From contig CAWANH010000001.1 of assembly GCA_963783375.1 (NCBI GenBank), positions 32,001 to 96,000 of the forward strand: DNA of 64,000 nt. Reading direction: 5' to 3'. How positions within the stretch are numbered: the stretch's first letter is position 1; every line of letters starts with the position of its first letter. This DNA is from Candidatus Eiseniibacteriota bacterium. Its GTDB lineage: Bacteria > Eisenbacteria > RBG-16-71-46 > JABDJR01. Positions 38,198 through 47,865 of this stretch are shown in pieces. Both the position numbers and the translations under genes were made by a program. The notes beneath the pieces are model-generated. The model searched no databases, was not told where the DNA came from, and worked only from the letters and a program-made list of their open reading frames with translations.

Positions 38198-39574
38198 ATG
38201 ATCCGACGCCTGGGAGACCGATTCAGCCGTCTGTCCGAACGGTTCATCCCCCACCCCTTCGTCTTCGCCATCCTGCTCTCACTCATCACCTTCATCCTCG
38301 GCCTGGTCTGGACCCGGACCGCCCCCGGGGCCCTCCTCGCCGCGTGGTACGGCGGGCTCACCGACAAGGGGGGGATGGTATTCGCCTTCCAGATGGCCTT
38401 GATCCTCATCACCGGCCACGCCCTGGCCGAGACCCGACCGGTGCGCCGGGGGCTGGACCGGCTGGCCGGCCTCGCCCGGGGGACGGCGTCGGCGGTCGTC
38501 CTCACCTCCCTCACCGCCATGATCGCGGCGCTGGTAAACTGGGGGCTCGGTCTCATCGTGGGCGCCATCCTGGCCCGCGAAGTCGCGGCCACCGCGCGCC
38601 GCCGCGGCGTGGCGATCCACTACCCGCTGGTGGTGGCCGCGGGCTATACCGGGCTCCTCATCTGGCACGGCGGGCTCTCGGGCTCCGCCCCCCTCGCCGT
38701 GGCCTCCCCCAACCATCCCCTCGAGACCCTGATGGGGCGGATCCCCATCTCCCAGACCCTCTTCTCCCCGCTGAACCTCGCGGTGACCCTGTTCCTGCTG
38801 GTGGCGGTTCCCGCCGCGCTCGCGCTCATGGCCCCGAAGGATCCCGCTCACATCGAACCGGCCGCACCGCCCGCCGAGGCTCCGGAGACCGGGCCCGGCC
38901 CCGAAGCCCGCCCGCACACCCCGGCCCGCGCCCTGGACCGGAGTCGGCTCCTGGTCGGGCTGGTGGCGCTGGGGGGAGCCGGCTTCCTGGTCCCCTACTT
39001 CGCGTCCCGGGGGTCGGGAGGGGTGACCCTGAACGCGATGATCTTCATCTTCCTCCTTCTCGGCCTCCTCCTCCACGGCTCCCCCGCCCGCTACGCCCGG
39101 AGCGTGGACGCGGCGGCCGGGGGAGCGGGAGGAATCCTCCTCCAGTTCCCCTTCTACTTCGGGATCCTGGGGATGATGAACGGGGCGGGGCTGGTGGCGC
39201 GGTTCGCCCACCTCTTCGTGTCCGGCTCCGAGGCCCTCGCCGGGGCGGGAGTGCCGGTGGGCTCCGCCCACGCCGCCCTCACCTTCATGAGCGCGGCGGT
39301 GGTGAACCTCTTCGTCCCCTCCGGCGGGGGCCAGTGGGCGGTCCAGGGGCCGATCATGATCGAGGCGGCGGAGAAGCTGGGCACCCATCTGCCGACCACG
39401 GTGATGGCCCTGGCCTACGGCGACGAGCTCACCAACATGCTCCAGCCCTTCTGGGCGTTGCCGCTCCTGGCGGTGACCGGCCTCCCGGCCCGGAAGATCG
39501 TGGGGTACACCGCGCTGCTCATGCTGCTCACCATCCCCGGGTTCCTGATCCTGCTCGCCCTGTTCGGGGCGTGA
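38198..39574 (+). CDS. atoE: Short-chain fatty acid transporter (AtoE/TIGR00366 family)
   Basis: PHPFVFAILL, FAFQMALILITGHALA, WHGGLSGSAPL, QFPFYFGI, FVPSGGGQWAVQGP, NMLQPFWALP. Confidence 0.9.
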   Translation: MIRRLGDRFSRLSERFIPHPFVFAILLSLITFILGLVWTRTAPGALLAAWYGGLTDKGGMVFAFQMALILITGHALAETRPVRRGLDRLAGLARGTASAVVLTSLTAMIAALVNWGLGLIVGAILAREVAATARRRGVAIHYPLVVAAGYTGLLIWHGGLSGSAPLAVASPNHPLETLMGRIPISQTLFSPLNLAVTLFLLVAVPAALALMAPKDPAHIEPAAPPAEAPETGPGPEARPHTPARALDRSRLLVGLVALGGAGFLVPYFASRGSGGVTLNAMIFIFLLLGLLLHGSPARYARSVDAAAGGAGGILLQFPFYFGILGMMNGAGLVARFAHLFVSGSEALAGAGVPVGSAHAALTFMSAAVVNLFVPSGGGQWAVQGPIMIEAAEKLGTHLPTTVMALAYGDELTNMLQPFWALPLLAVTGLPARKIVGYTALLMLLTIPGFLILLALFGA

Positions 39575-39636
39575 TACGATGAGGCTCCCCTCTTGCGATC
39601 CCGGCGGCACCGCCCGCCGGAAAGGGCGCATCCCCG

Positions 39637-40494
39637 ATGCATGAGATTGGATTCGGGTGGTTCGAGCCCGCCTTCGCCACCCTCCTGGCCGTCCTGGGAG
39701 GGCTCCTCCGCTTCCTTCGGCCTTCGGCGCGGTTCGGAATCGGCCTTCCCTTCGTGGACTCCGACGTGGACCTCCGGCGCCGCGCCCGAAACCGCGTGGG
39801 CGAGATGCTGATCCTGTGGGGCCTGTGGGTGGTGGTGCAGATGCTGACCGGGGCCCCGGCCACCTGGATGTCCACGGTGTGGGCTCCACTGATCATCGTG
39901 GCCGCCGTGGCCTACTCCTACCCGGCCCGCCTCTACGCCCGGCGGTACCTGGTCGCCGACGGGACGCTCGAGGACGCGGACGAGGAGCGCCCCTACCCGC
40001 TTCGCGGCGGATGGGTCGTGGTGCTCCTCCGGGAGATCATCCCCCTGGCCATGGTTCTGGCGCCCATCCTCGTGGTCCGGGACAACTACGGGCGGCTCCC
40101 GGGCCGGGTCCCGGTGGCCTGGACCCTGGACGGCGGGCCGCTGGTGTGGATGGGCCGGTCCGAGGCGGTGGCTCTCCTCCGGCATCAGACCATGCTGGTC
40201 TACCTCCTCCTGGCCGGCCTCGAGGGGGTCTACCTGATCATTCGGTGGGGCCGTGGACGGCGGGGAGACATCGCCCTACGGATGCTCACCCGCCGCCACT
40301 GGTTCTTCTTCCTGTTCCGGGTGGGCTGGGTGGCGCTCTTCGCCGGGATCAACCTCGGCTTCGTGTACCACGCCATGGCCGGGCGTTCGCCCTACCCGTT
40401 TCTCGTTCCCGGTCTCCTCGCCCTCTCCGCATTGGGAATCCTCATCGCCATGCAAATCAAGCGGATCCGGCGATCTCCTCGGACCGGGTCTTAA
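39637..40494 (+). CDS. Hypothetical multi-pass membrane protein (DUF1648-like segment)
   Basis: About 7 hydrophobic helices; YGRLPGRVPVAW..DG resembles the DUF1648 LP..IP.HW motif. Confidence 0.55.
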   Translation: MHEIGFGWFEPAFATLLAVLGGLLRFLRPSARFGIGLPFVDSDVDLRRRARNRVGEMLILWGLWVVVQMLTGAPATWMSTVWAPLIIVAAVAYSYPARLYARRYLVADGTLEDADEERPYPLRGGWVVVLLREIIPLAMVLAPILVVRDNYGRLPGRVPVAWTLDGGPLVWMGRSEAVALLRHQTMLVYLLLAGLEGVYLIIRWGRGRRGDIALRMLTRRHWFFFLFRVGWVALFAGINLGFVYHAMAGRSPYPFLVPGLLALSALGILIAMQIKRIRRSPRTGS

Positions 40495-40495
40495 G

Positions 40496-40912
40496 TCAAC
40501 GGATCGATGCCGAGGTCACCGTGGTGGTCTTCTCCAGGTACCGGACGGCGGTGGCCGTCACCTGCACCCGCGACTTGAGACCCCCGCCCTCGGCGGTGAT
40601 GGGGCGCACATCGATGAGCGCGTCCGCCCCCACCTTCCGGGCCTCGTCCTTGAGGGTCTTGATCACCTGGTCGTAGGTGGACCGGTCGTTGTAACTGGGA
40701 TCCATGTCCTGCTTGGCGAACAGGGTCCCGATCACGATGTGGGGCACGCTGATCCCGCCCTCGAAAACCTCGATCTGGGCCGATTTGTCCTTGGCCGGGA
40801 ACTCGGTGGCGTCCATCCGGACGAACTTGACCCCCGAGCCGCAGGCGGAAATCGCCGCCGCGATGCCGATCAGGAGCGCGACCCTGGGGGCCGCGCGAAG
40901 GATGTTCTTCAT
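40496..40912 (-). CDS. Hypothetical lipoprotein (YbjQ-like fold)
   Basis: Lipobox ISAC; LKDEARKVGADALI..ATAVRY pattern. Confidence 0.65.
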   Translation of the reverse strand: MKNILRAAPRVALLIGIAAAISACGSGVKFVRMDATEFPAKDKSAQIEVFEGGISVPHIVIGTLFAKQDMDPSYNDRSTYDQVIKTLKDEARKVGADALIDVRPITAEGGGLKSRVQVTATAVRYLEKTTTVTSASIR

Positions 40913-41050
40913 GGTTCTGGTCTCCCCGCGTGGGTGGTTACGGGTCCGCCCTCCGGCAGTTCCCATGTCGGTGATCGTCCATCGAGGGGGCGACCTTCAC
41001 TGAAAATGGCCCCCGGACCCCGAGAATCGGGGTTTTTCACGCGATTTCGT

Positions 41051-41079
41051 TTGACAGCCCGCGGCCCCCGTTGTTTCAT
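41051..41079 (+). promoter_or_regulatory. Promoter of histone gene
   Basis: TTGACA-N17-TTTCAT; RBS AGGAG at 41146-41150. Confidence 0.55.
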
Positions 41080-41157
41080 TTCGCCGGAAATCAAGGGCGG
41101 GACGGCGCCGGAAGGCCGTTCCACGGTTTACCCCCTTCCTCGAACAGGAGACACAGG

Positions 41158-41373
41158 ATGGCCAAGAAGATGGCGAAGAAGAAGACGGCGAAGAAGGCTG
41201 CAGCCGGTGAGCTGATCATCTCCAAGTCGCGCACCAAGGCCGCGGTCAAGAAGTGCAACGTGTCGAGCGACTTCTACGCCGCCCTCGACAAGAAGGTCCG
41301 GGGATTGATCGGCGATGCCGAGCAGCGGGCCCTGGGCAACAAGCGGAAGACCCTGAAGCCCCAGGACCTGTAG
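41158..41373 (+). CDS. Prokaryotic histone-fold protein (DUF1931/face-to-face type) with Lys-rich N-terminal tail, 71 aa
   Basis: MAKKMAKKKTAKKAAAG-ELIISKSRTKAAVKKCNVSSDFYAALDKKVRGLIGDAEQRALGNKRKTLKPQDL. Shows NVSSD L1 loop, long alpha2, RA..NKRKTL.P.DL with the RxTxxxxD motif, and a truncated alpha3. Confidence 0.88.
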   Translation: MAKKMAKKKTAKKAAAGELIISKSRTKAAVKKCNVSSDFYAALDKKVRGLIGDAEQRALGNKRKTLKPQDL

Positions 41374-41404
41374 GCGTCCTTCCGGCAGATCGAAGGTCTT
41401 TAGC

Positions 41405-41438
41405 CAAGCGGCGTCGCAAGACGCCGCTTGTCGTTTTT
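41405..41438 (+). terminator. Intrinsic terminator of histone gene
   Basis: CAAGCGGCGTC-GCAA-GACGCCGCTTG (perfect 11-bp stem, GNRA loop) followed by TCGTTTTT. Confidence 0.8.
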
Positions 41439-42898
41439 CAGCGGGCGGCGCCCACCGCCTCCACCTGCGAACGCGCCATCTCCGGCTCCCCGGAAAGCTC
41501 GGGGAGCCGCGCGCTCCCCTCGGCGAAGCGTGCGATCACTTCCGCGCTTCCCGCGCACTCGGCCTCGAAGGCGTCGCGCACGAAATCCGGATCCAGGGCC
41601 TCGCCGGTCCGATAGAAGTTCCTCCGGTCGAAGAGCCGGCGAAGCGCGCGGTTCAGGGCGCGAGGGCCGCACCGCGAGGTCATCTCCCGGTCGAGCAGCA
41701 GACCCACCAGGAACCCCCGTGAGTAGACCAGCTGGTAGGTGTCCATCCGATCCATGTGACGGGCCGCGGCGGCCAGGGTCACGTTGGACGGCGCCTTGCG
41801 GGTTTCGCGCTCCTTACGCGCGGTGACCTCCCGAAGACCGGCGGGGCTCAAGACCCCCGCCTCGACCATGAACCGGTAGGAGAGGTACTCGGTCATCCCC
41901 TCCACCAGCCAGATCAGGTCGGGGGAGTTCTGGTAGGGCGGCTCCGGACCGCCGGTGAGCGCCCCTCCGAGGTAGAAGTGCAGGCACTCGTGGGAAGCGA
42001 GCTGGGTGAGCGACTGGGGATCCGCAAAGCGGTCCGGGCTGGCCACGCAGAGAAAGGCGCCCTCCTCGCTGTTGCCGCTCATCACGCTCCGCCCCGGCGG
42101 CGCGGGTCGGGTGCGGTAGACCGCGAGGACGGCGAGGGAGTCTCCCCGGGGCGGCGCCCCGAAGAAATCGACCATTCGCCCGAGCACCGGGAGAAGCCGG
42201 TTGGCGATGGTGAGGCCGGTGCGTCCGGGCGCCGAGGCCTCGGTGAGAACGGTCACCGTGACCGGACCCCGGGCGAGGCGGGTGGAGGCGAAGTCGCCCC
42301 CCGCCACCACCCCGCTCCAGAGATCGTGGGCGGTGCCGGGGCGGTAGGCGCCCCCCTCATCCGGCCAGGACGACCAGAGGGAGGAGCCGGGGAGCGGCTC
42401 GACGCGCACGGTGACATCCAGGGGCGCGTAGTGGTCGATCCGAAGGGGCAGGAGGAAGAGCGAGTAACCCAGAATGACCAGACGGGAGCGGTCGACGAAC
42501 GACGCCTCCGCGGAGACGTCGGGCTCGTAGGACCGCACGCGGTAGCGGAGGACGGCTTCCCGGGGGCTTCCGGCCAGATGCCAGCGGGCGGTGCCCGATT
42601 CGGTCTCGGCGGTGACGGCGATCGGGCGGCCGGAGGGGTCGGTGGCGGAGAGGCCCTCGACGTGTCCGGACTGGTCCTGGAGAAGACCCCAACCGTCCAG
42701 GAGCCGGAAACCGCGGTGCGCGCCGCCGAGGCCGGAAGCGTGAAGGACGACGTCGAACCCCTCGCCGGGCGCCGGCCGCACCCGGTATTCAAGCGCGACT
42801 CCCTGGTTCCCGGTTCCCGGGCGCCACAGGGAGGCCACGAGCCCCAGGGCCAGGACCGGGAGCAGGAACCGCAGATACGCTTTGCGAGGTCGGGTCAT
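41438..42898 (-). CDS. Secreted gluzincin metallopeptidase (M61-like)
   Basis: Signal/TM segment, zinc motif HECLH, WLVEGMTEY, YSRGFLVGLLLD. Confidence 0.72.
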   Translation of the reverse strand: MTRPRKAYLRFLLPVLALGLVASLWRPGTGNQGVALEYRVRPAPGEGFDVVLHASGLGGAHRGFRLLDGWGLLQDQSGHVEGLSATDPSGRPIAVTAETESGTARWHLAGSPREAVLRYRVRSYEPDVSAEASFVDRSRLVILGYSLFLLPLRIDHYAPLDVTVRVEPLPGSSLWSSWPDEGGAYRPGTAHDLWSGVVAGGDFASTRLARGPVTVTVLTEASAPGRTGLTIANRLLPVLGRMVDFFGAPPRGDSLAVLAVYRTRPAPPGRSVMSGNSEEGAFLCVASPDRFADPQSLTQLASHECLHFYLGGALTGGPEPPYQNSPDLIWLVEGMTEYLSYRFMVEAGVLSPAGLREVTARKERETRKAPSNVTLAAAARHMDRMDTYQLVYSRGFLVGLLLDREMTSRCGPRALNRALRRLFDRRNFYRTGEALDPDFVRDAFEAECAGSAEVIARFAEGSARLPELSGEPEMARSQVEAVGAAR

Positions 42899-43111
42899 GG
42901 GCTCGGTCCGGCATCGAGGAAGCACGTGCCGGCGAGCCTCCGGAGACGGCGACCCGCGAGCGCGATCGGCTCGGTCCCCCGATAGGACGACCGGGCCGGG
43001 TGGTTTATAGTTCCAACATCGGCACGGGAGGACCGGGGCTTAGCCGCGGCGGCCCGCGGAGGAACGCGGGCGGGGGAAGCGGCGTTCACCCTTCGGACGG
43101 CCTGGAGATCC

Positions 43112-43315
43112 ATGAAGCTGGTACTGAACGGAAAACCCTTCGAGTCCGGACGGGCGTCGGCCACGGTGGCCGAACTCCTGTCCGATCTGAAGCTGGCCGG
43201 AGACCGGGTGGCGGTGGCGGTGAACTACGAGATCGTTCCCCGCACCCGTCACACGGAGCAAGCGCTGGCGGAGGGAGACCGGGTGGAAGTGATTCACGCG
43301 GTGGCGGGCGGTTGA
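43112..43315 (+). CDS. thiS: Sulfur carrier protein ThiS
   Basis: [29 protein letters not shown]-terminal GG; upstream of thiG. Confidence 0.95.
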   Translation: MKLVLNGKPFESGRASATVAELLSDLKLAGDRVAVAVNYEIVPRTRHTEQALAEGDRVEVIHAVAGG

Positions 43316-43403
43316 GCCGGGGTGCGCACCCGTCGAGGCCTCGGCGGGACGGACACCGCGGCCCGGGCGATCCGGACCCCGCGGAGGGAGCGAAGAGGAA
43401 GCC

Positions 43404-44198
43404 ATGACCAAGACCAACGGTTCGGAAGAGAGATTGATCCTGGGGGACGTGAGCCTCCGGTCGCGGCTGCTGGCCGGAACGGGAAAGTACGCCGACGCCG
43501 CCGTCATGCGGGACGCGCTCCGGGAGAGCGGAGCGGAGATGGTGACCGTGGCCATCCGGCGGGTGGACCTCGAGGACCGGGGGAAGGAGAGCATCCTCGG
43601 CGTGCTGGAGGAGGGGGGCTACAAGATCCTCCCCAACACCGCCGGCTGCTTCACCGCGAAGGACGCGATCCTGACCGCTCAGCTCGCGCGCGAGGCCCTG
43701 GGCACGTCCATCGTGAAGCTGGAGGTGATCGGCGACCCGCGGACGCTGTTCCCCGACAACGAAGGTCTCCTGGAGGCGGCGCGGGTGCTGGTCGGAGAGG
43801 GGTTCACCGTGCTCCCCTACACCATCGACGACCCGGTGATCTGCCGGAAGCTGGAGGAGGCGGGGTGCGCGGCGGTCATGCCGCTGGCCGCGCCCATCGG
43901 AAGCGGCCTGGGGGTGCGGAACCCCTACAACATCCGGATCATCCTGGAGACGGTGAAGGTGCCGGTGATCGTGGACGCCGGGGTGGGAACCGCTTCCGAC
44001 GCCGCCCTGGCCATGGAGCTGGGGTGTCACGGCGTGCTCATGAACACCGGAATCGCCGGGGCCAAGGACCCGGTGCGGATGGCCCGGGCGATGCGCCTGG
44101 CGATCCAGGCCGGCCGCGACGCCTATCTCTCCGGCCGGATTCCGCGGAAGCTCTTCGCCACCGCGTCGAGTCCGCTGGAGGGCGTGATAGGCACGTGA
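43404..44198 (+). CDS. thiG: Thiazole synthase
   Basis: [42 protein letters not shown]. Confidence 0.97.
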   Translation: MTKTNGSEERLILGDVSLRSRLLAGTGKYADAAVMRDALRESGAEMVTVAIRRVDLEDRGKESILGVLEEGGYKILPNTAGCFTAKDAILTAQLAREALGTSIVKLEVIGDPRTLFPDNEGLLEAARVLVGEGFTVLPYTIDDPVICRKLEEAGCAAVMPLAAPIGSGLGVRNPYNIRIILETVKVPVIVDAGVGTASDAALAMELGCHGVLMNTGIAGAKDPVRMARAMRLAIQAGRDAYLSGRIPRKLFATASSPLEGVIGT

Positions 44199-44848
44199 GG
44201 GGCGGTTTCCCTCCCGGGCTCCTTCTCATCACCGATCGCGGACAGGCGCGCCGGCCATTGGTCGAGGCCGCCGCCGCCGCGCTCGACGCCGGCTTCGCCG
44301 CGGTCATGCTCCGGGAGAAGGATCTGGAGGGGCGGCCGCTCCTGGAACTGGCCGCGCCCCTGGCCGCGCTCTGCGCCGCCCGCGGCCGGCCCTTCCTGGT
44401 GAACGACCGGATCGACGTGGCCCTGGCCCTGGACGACGCGGGAGCGCACCTGGGCCGGGAAGGGCTCCCGGTCGCCGCGGCGCGGCGACTCCTGGGGCCC
44501 GATCGTCTTCTGGGCTACTCCGCCCACGAGGTGGACGAGGCCGACGCCGCGCTGGCCGACGGCGCGGACTACACGATCCTGAGCCCGGTCTTCTCCAGCG
44601 CGAGCAAGCCGGGGCTTCGGGAACGCGGCCCGGAGTGGCTCGCCGAAGCGGCCGCCGCGCTCCCCGCGGGGCGGGTGGTCGGCCTGGGGGGGATCGAGAC
44701 TCCCGAGCGTGTGCGCGCGGTGAGACGGGCCGGGGCGGCGGGCGCCGCGGTCATGGGAGCGGTGATGCGGTCCGGGGATCCGTCGTCTTTGGCCGGGGCG
44801 ATGGCCGCGGCCTGGAAAGAGGCGGCGACCGGCTTGGAGTCCCCATGA
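44195..44848 (+). CDS. thiE: Thiamine phosphate synthase / TenI family protein
   Basis: GTGA overlap with thiG; [36 protein letters not shown]. TenI is not excluded. Confidence 0.8.
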   Translation: MRGGFPPGLLLITDRGQARRPLVEAAAAALDAGFAAVMLREKDLEGRPLLELAAPLAALCAARGRPFLVNDRIDVALALDDAGAHLGREGLPVAAARRLLGPDRLLGYSAHEVDEADAALADGADYTILSPVFSSASKPGLRERGPEWLAEAAAALPAGRVVGLGGIETPERVRAVRRAGAAGAAVMGAVMRSGDPSSLAGAMAAAWKEAATGLESP

Positions 44849-46599
44849 ACGCCCGGCGCCACCGGCGGTGGATCCTGGGGGGGATCTTCCTCCTGGCTCT
44901 CGCCCTCCGCGCGGTTCCCCTCGGTTACGGTCTCCCCCACACCTACCGCTACGACGAGGGCCGCTACGTCGGGGCCGCCGCCCACCTCGCGAAGGAGTTC
45001 TTCCACCCCCAGGACTATCTCTACGGTCCCCTCTATCCGTCGGTGGTGGCGGTGGAGTACGGCGCGCTGTTCGCGGGGGGCATGATCGTCAAGGCCTGGC
45101 CGGGTGGCCCGGGCTTCGAGGCCGCCTACTACCGCGATCGGACGCCGTTCTTCCTGATCGCGCGGGGCACCTCCGCGGTGGCGGGGACGGGGGCGGTCCT
45201 GGCGCTCCTGGCCGCGGCCGCGGCCTGGCTCGCTTTCGGGAAACGCCCCGGGGGCGCGGAGGACCCTGCGGGGGGACTTCGGCCGGGCGCGGTTCTGGCC
45301 GCGGGGGGGCTCGCGCTCCTCCCGGTCGCGGTCAGGTTCGGGGCCGAGGCGCAGGCCGAGAGCCTGGTCCTCCTCCTGGTGTCGCTCTGGCTGCTCTTCG
45401 CCGGCCGGTTCGCGCGGAGCGGGCGCACCCGCCACGTCCTGGCCGCGGGCTTGATGCTGGGGCTGGCCGGGGCGGCCAAGTACAACGCCTTCACCTACCT
45501 GCCCTGGCAATTCGTCCTCCCCCTCCTCTTCCTCGGCCGGGCCCCGGGCGCAAGGAAGCGGCTCTGGGCGGCGGCGGTTGTCGGGCCGGTCCTGGGCCTG
45601 GCGATCGGGGCCCCGTGGGTCCTGGGGGAACTCCGAGCGCTCTGGGCGGGCCTCCAGTTCAACGCCACGGTAAGCTCCCAGACCGGTTCCATCCCGGCGG
45701 GGGTGGCGCGAAACCTCGTCGCCCTCTTCCTCGGTCCCGAGACCTCGGGGTTGGGCCCGGTCCTGGGGATCCTGGCCCTGGCCGGTACGGTCATCGCCGT
45801 TCGCCGCTGGGGGCGGACCGGAGGCTGGCTGGCCGGGGCGGGCTGGGGATTCGTCCTGGCCACCGCGATCGCCAACCGCGAGACTCCGGTGCCCCGCTAC
45901 CTCCTCCCCGCCTATCCACCGCTCCTCATCCTCGCCGGCGGCGCGCTCCAGGCCTTTCTGGGCGCCATGGAGGCCCGTCTCACGCGGGTCCCGGGCCTGT
46001 TGGCCTGGGCCACGGTGGCGGCGCTCCTGGTCCCCGCCACCGTGCGCTCGGTGTCCGCGGACGCGAGGCTCCTGCGCGAGGACACCCGCACCGCCGCCGC
46101 GCGCTGGATCGTGGATCATGTTCCCGGGGGAAGCGCCGTTCTCATGGAAGACCCGGTGGCCTCGCCGCCGCTCCGGCCCGGCGAGACCGCGGTGAGCCGC
46201 GACCCGAGAGGGGCGCGCCGGGCCGAGGCCCTCGCCGACGCCGGCGGGCCGGCCTACGACCTCTTCTGGCTCCCGGTGCCGTGGGGAATGGTGAGCCGCG
46301 GCGAAGCGGAAACCCTGGCCCGGCGGGGAGTCCACGTTCCCGGATTCGGGACCGGGGACGCGGAGCAGCTCACCCTCGCCTACTGGCGCGCCCGCGGGGT
46401 CGGCGTGGCGGTGGTCTCGTCCTTCGTCTACGATTCCCACTTTCGGGGCGAACCGGGCGATCCCCCGGCCTACCGGTCCTTCTACGCCGCGCTCTTCGAT
46501 CGGGGCCGGCTCCTCCACCGGGAGGATCCGGCCGAGGGAAACCGGCCGGGACCGGTGATCCTGGTCTACGATATCGGAGGGGACGGCGAAGCGCGCTGA
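44845..46599 (+). CDS. GT-C membrane glycosyltransferase (ArnT/PMT-like)
   Basis: LALALR..GYGLP....DE, YGPLY, GLAGAAKY, RYLLP, DTRTAAARWI. ATGA overlap with thiE. Confidence 0.75.
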   Translation: MNARRHRRWILGGIFLLALALRAVPLGYGLPHTYRYDEGRYVGAAAHLAKEFFHPQDYLYGPLYPSVVAVEYGALFAGGMIVKAWPGGPGFEAAYYRDRTPFFLIARGTSAVAGTGAVLALLAAAAAWLAFGKRPGGAEDPAGGLRPGAVLAAGGLALLPVAVRFGAEAQAESLVLLLVSLWLLFAGRFARSGRTRHVLAAGLMLGLAGAAKYNAFTYLPWQFVLPLLFLGRAPGARKRLWAAAVVGPVLGLAIGAPWVLGELRALWAGLQFNATVSSQTGSIPAGVARNLVALFLGPETSGLGPVLGILALAGTVIAVRRWGRTGGWLAGAGWGFVLATAIANRETPVPRYLLPAYPPLLILAGGALQAFLGAMEARLTRVPGLLAWATVAALLVPATVRSVSADARLLREDTRTAAARWIVDHVPGGSAVLMEDPVASPPLRPGETAVSRDPRGARRAEALADAGGPAYDLFWLPVPWGMVSRGEAETLARRGVHVPGFGTGDAEQLTLAYWRARGVGVAVVSSFVYDSHFRGEPGDPPAYRSFYAALFDRGRLLHREDPAEGNRPGPVILVYDIGGDGEAR

Positions 46600-46621
46600 G
46601 GCCGGCCCCGGGGAGGCATCG

Positions 46622-47680
46622 ATGAAGCTTCACCCCATGTGGACCGCGACCTTCGTCCTGGGCCTCGCCGCCTGCTCGGGCGGCGGCTCCCGGAATCCGG
46701 TAGGGACGTCCGATCCCGGACCCGCCAACGCGACCGCGGGCGAGGTGACCCTCGAGCCCGACCTCACCGGGCGGAGCGTGTTCCCGCTCAGCAACTGGTG
46801 GAACCTCGACGTCGCCACCGCGCCGGTGGACCCGAACTCCGGCGCCTTCATCGACTGGATCAGCGGCCGCACCCCCCAGAATCCGAACGCGGTACGCCAC
46901 CTCCACCCCGATTTCGGTCCACCCCCCTACGGCATACCCTACGTGGGGGTGACCGGAGGCCAGCCTCTGGCGCCGGTGACCTTCACCCTGTACGGCGACG
47001 AGAGCGATGACGGGGCCCCGGGGCGGCCTCCCGGATATCCGATCCCCGACCAGGCCCGGCTCCTTCCCAACTACATCGAGGGCGGAACGGCCGGCGGGGG
47101 CGCAAGCGGAGACCGCCACCTCTTGATCGTGGACATCGACCGCTGGCTCCTCTTCGAGACCTACGCCACCGGTTGGAATTCGAATCTCGGCCGGTGGGAG
47201 GCGGGTTCCGGGGCGGCGTGGGACATGGGGCGAAACGATCGGCGGCCGGAGGGCTGGACGTCGGCCGACGCGGCGGGTCTGGCTATCCTCCCCGGCCTGG
47301 TGCGCTACGACGAGGTCGCGGCGGCGGACGGGATCCGCCACGCTTTCCGCTTCACCACCCGCGCCACCGACGGCCACGTCTGGCCCGCCTCGCACTCCGC
47401 CGGCTCCACCGCGGGGGCCCCGCCCCTCGGCGCCCGCCTGCGGCTCAAGGCTTCGGTGGATCTCTCCGGGTTTCCGCCGGAGGTCCGGAAGATCTTCCAG
47501 GCCATGAAGACCTACGGGCTGATCCTCGCCGATAACGGCAGCGACATGTACATCAGCGGGACCATGGACGACCGGTGGGACAACGACGTCCTGAACCCGG
47601 CCTTCGGGAGCCTCAGCGCCGACGACTTCGAGGTGATCGAGCTGGGGTGGAACGCCGTGGTGACGGGAGTGCCGGAGTAG
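46622..47680 (+). CDS. Conserved hypothetical lipoprotein
   Basis: Lipobox LAAC; WN.D...APVDPNS, YGIPY, GDRH, TSADAAGL..LPGLVRYDE, IRHAFRFT, YGLILADNG. Confidence 0.75.
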   Translation: MKLHPMWTATFVLGLAACSGGGSRNPVGTSDPGPANATAGEVTLEPDLTGRSVFPLSNWWNLDVATAPVDPNSGAFIDWISGRTPQNPNAVRHLHPDFGPPPYGIPYVGVTGGQPLAPVTFTLYGDESDDGAPGRPPGYPIPDQARLLPNYIEGGTAGGGASGDRHLLIVDIDRWLLFETYATGWNSNLGRWEAGSGAAWDMGRNDRRPEGWTSADAAGLAILPGLVRYDEVAAADGIRHAFRFTTRATDGHVWPASHSAGSTAGAPPLGARLRLKASVDLSGFPPEVRKIFQAMKTYGLILADNGSDMYISGTMDDRWDNDVLNPAFGSLSADDFEVIELGWNAVVTGVPE

Positions 47681-47865
47681 CTAGCCCGGATTATTCATGC
47701 CCCCCCTGCTGCGGCGGGCATCTGACCGCCAACTCGGGTGTCCTCGCGATCCACCTCCTCGACGTACCGCATCGGGTACGCCTGCGTCGGCGGATCACTG
47801 CGGTACCCGATCTGACGGCCATCTCCTCCGCCTCGCTACGCGGCTTCATGAATAACCCGGGCTAG
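47681..47865. mobile_element. MITE-like non-autonomous element with terminal inverted repeats, CTAG-flanked
   Basis: Left end CTAGCCCGGATTATTCATG; right end CATGAATAACCCGGGCTAG (18/19 inverted match). Internal symmetric stems, no coding capacity, located between convergent genes. Confidence 0.7.

Noticed and set aside
42926-43111. TPP riboswitch upstream of thiS
   Set aside because: Conserved CTGAGA and ACCTGA elements were not found by eye.
47650-47680. Truncation of the lipoprotein (ending VTGVPE) by the MITE
   Set aside because: Its TAG lies outside the CTAG boundary, and no continuation exists beyond the element, where rnr ends convergently.
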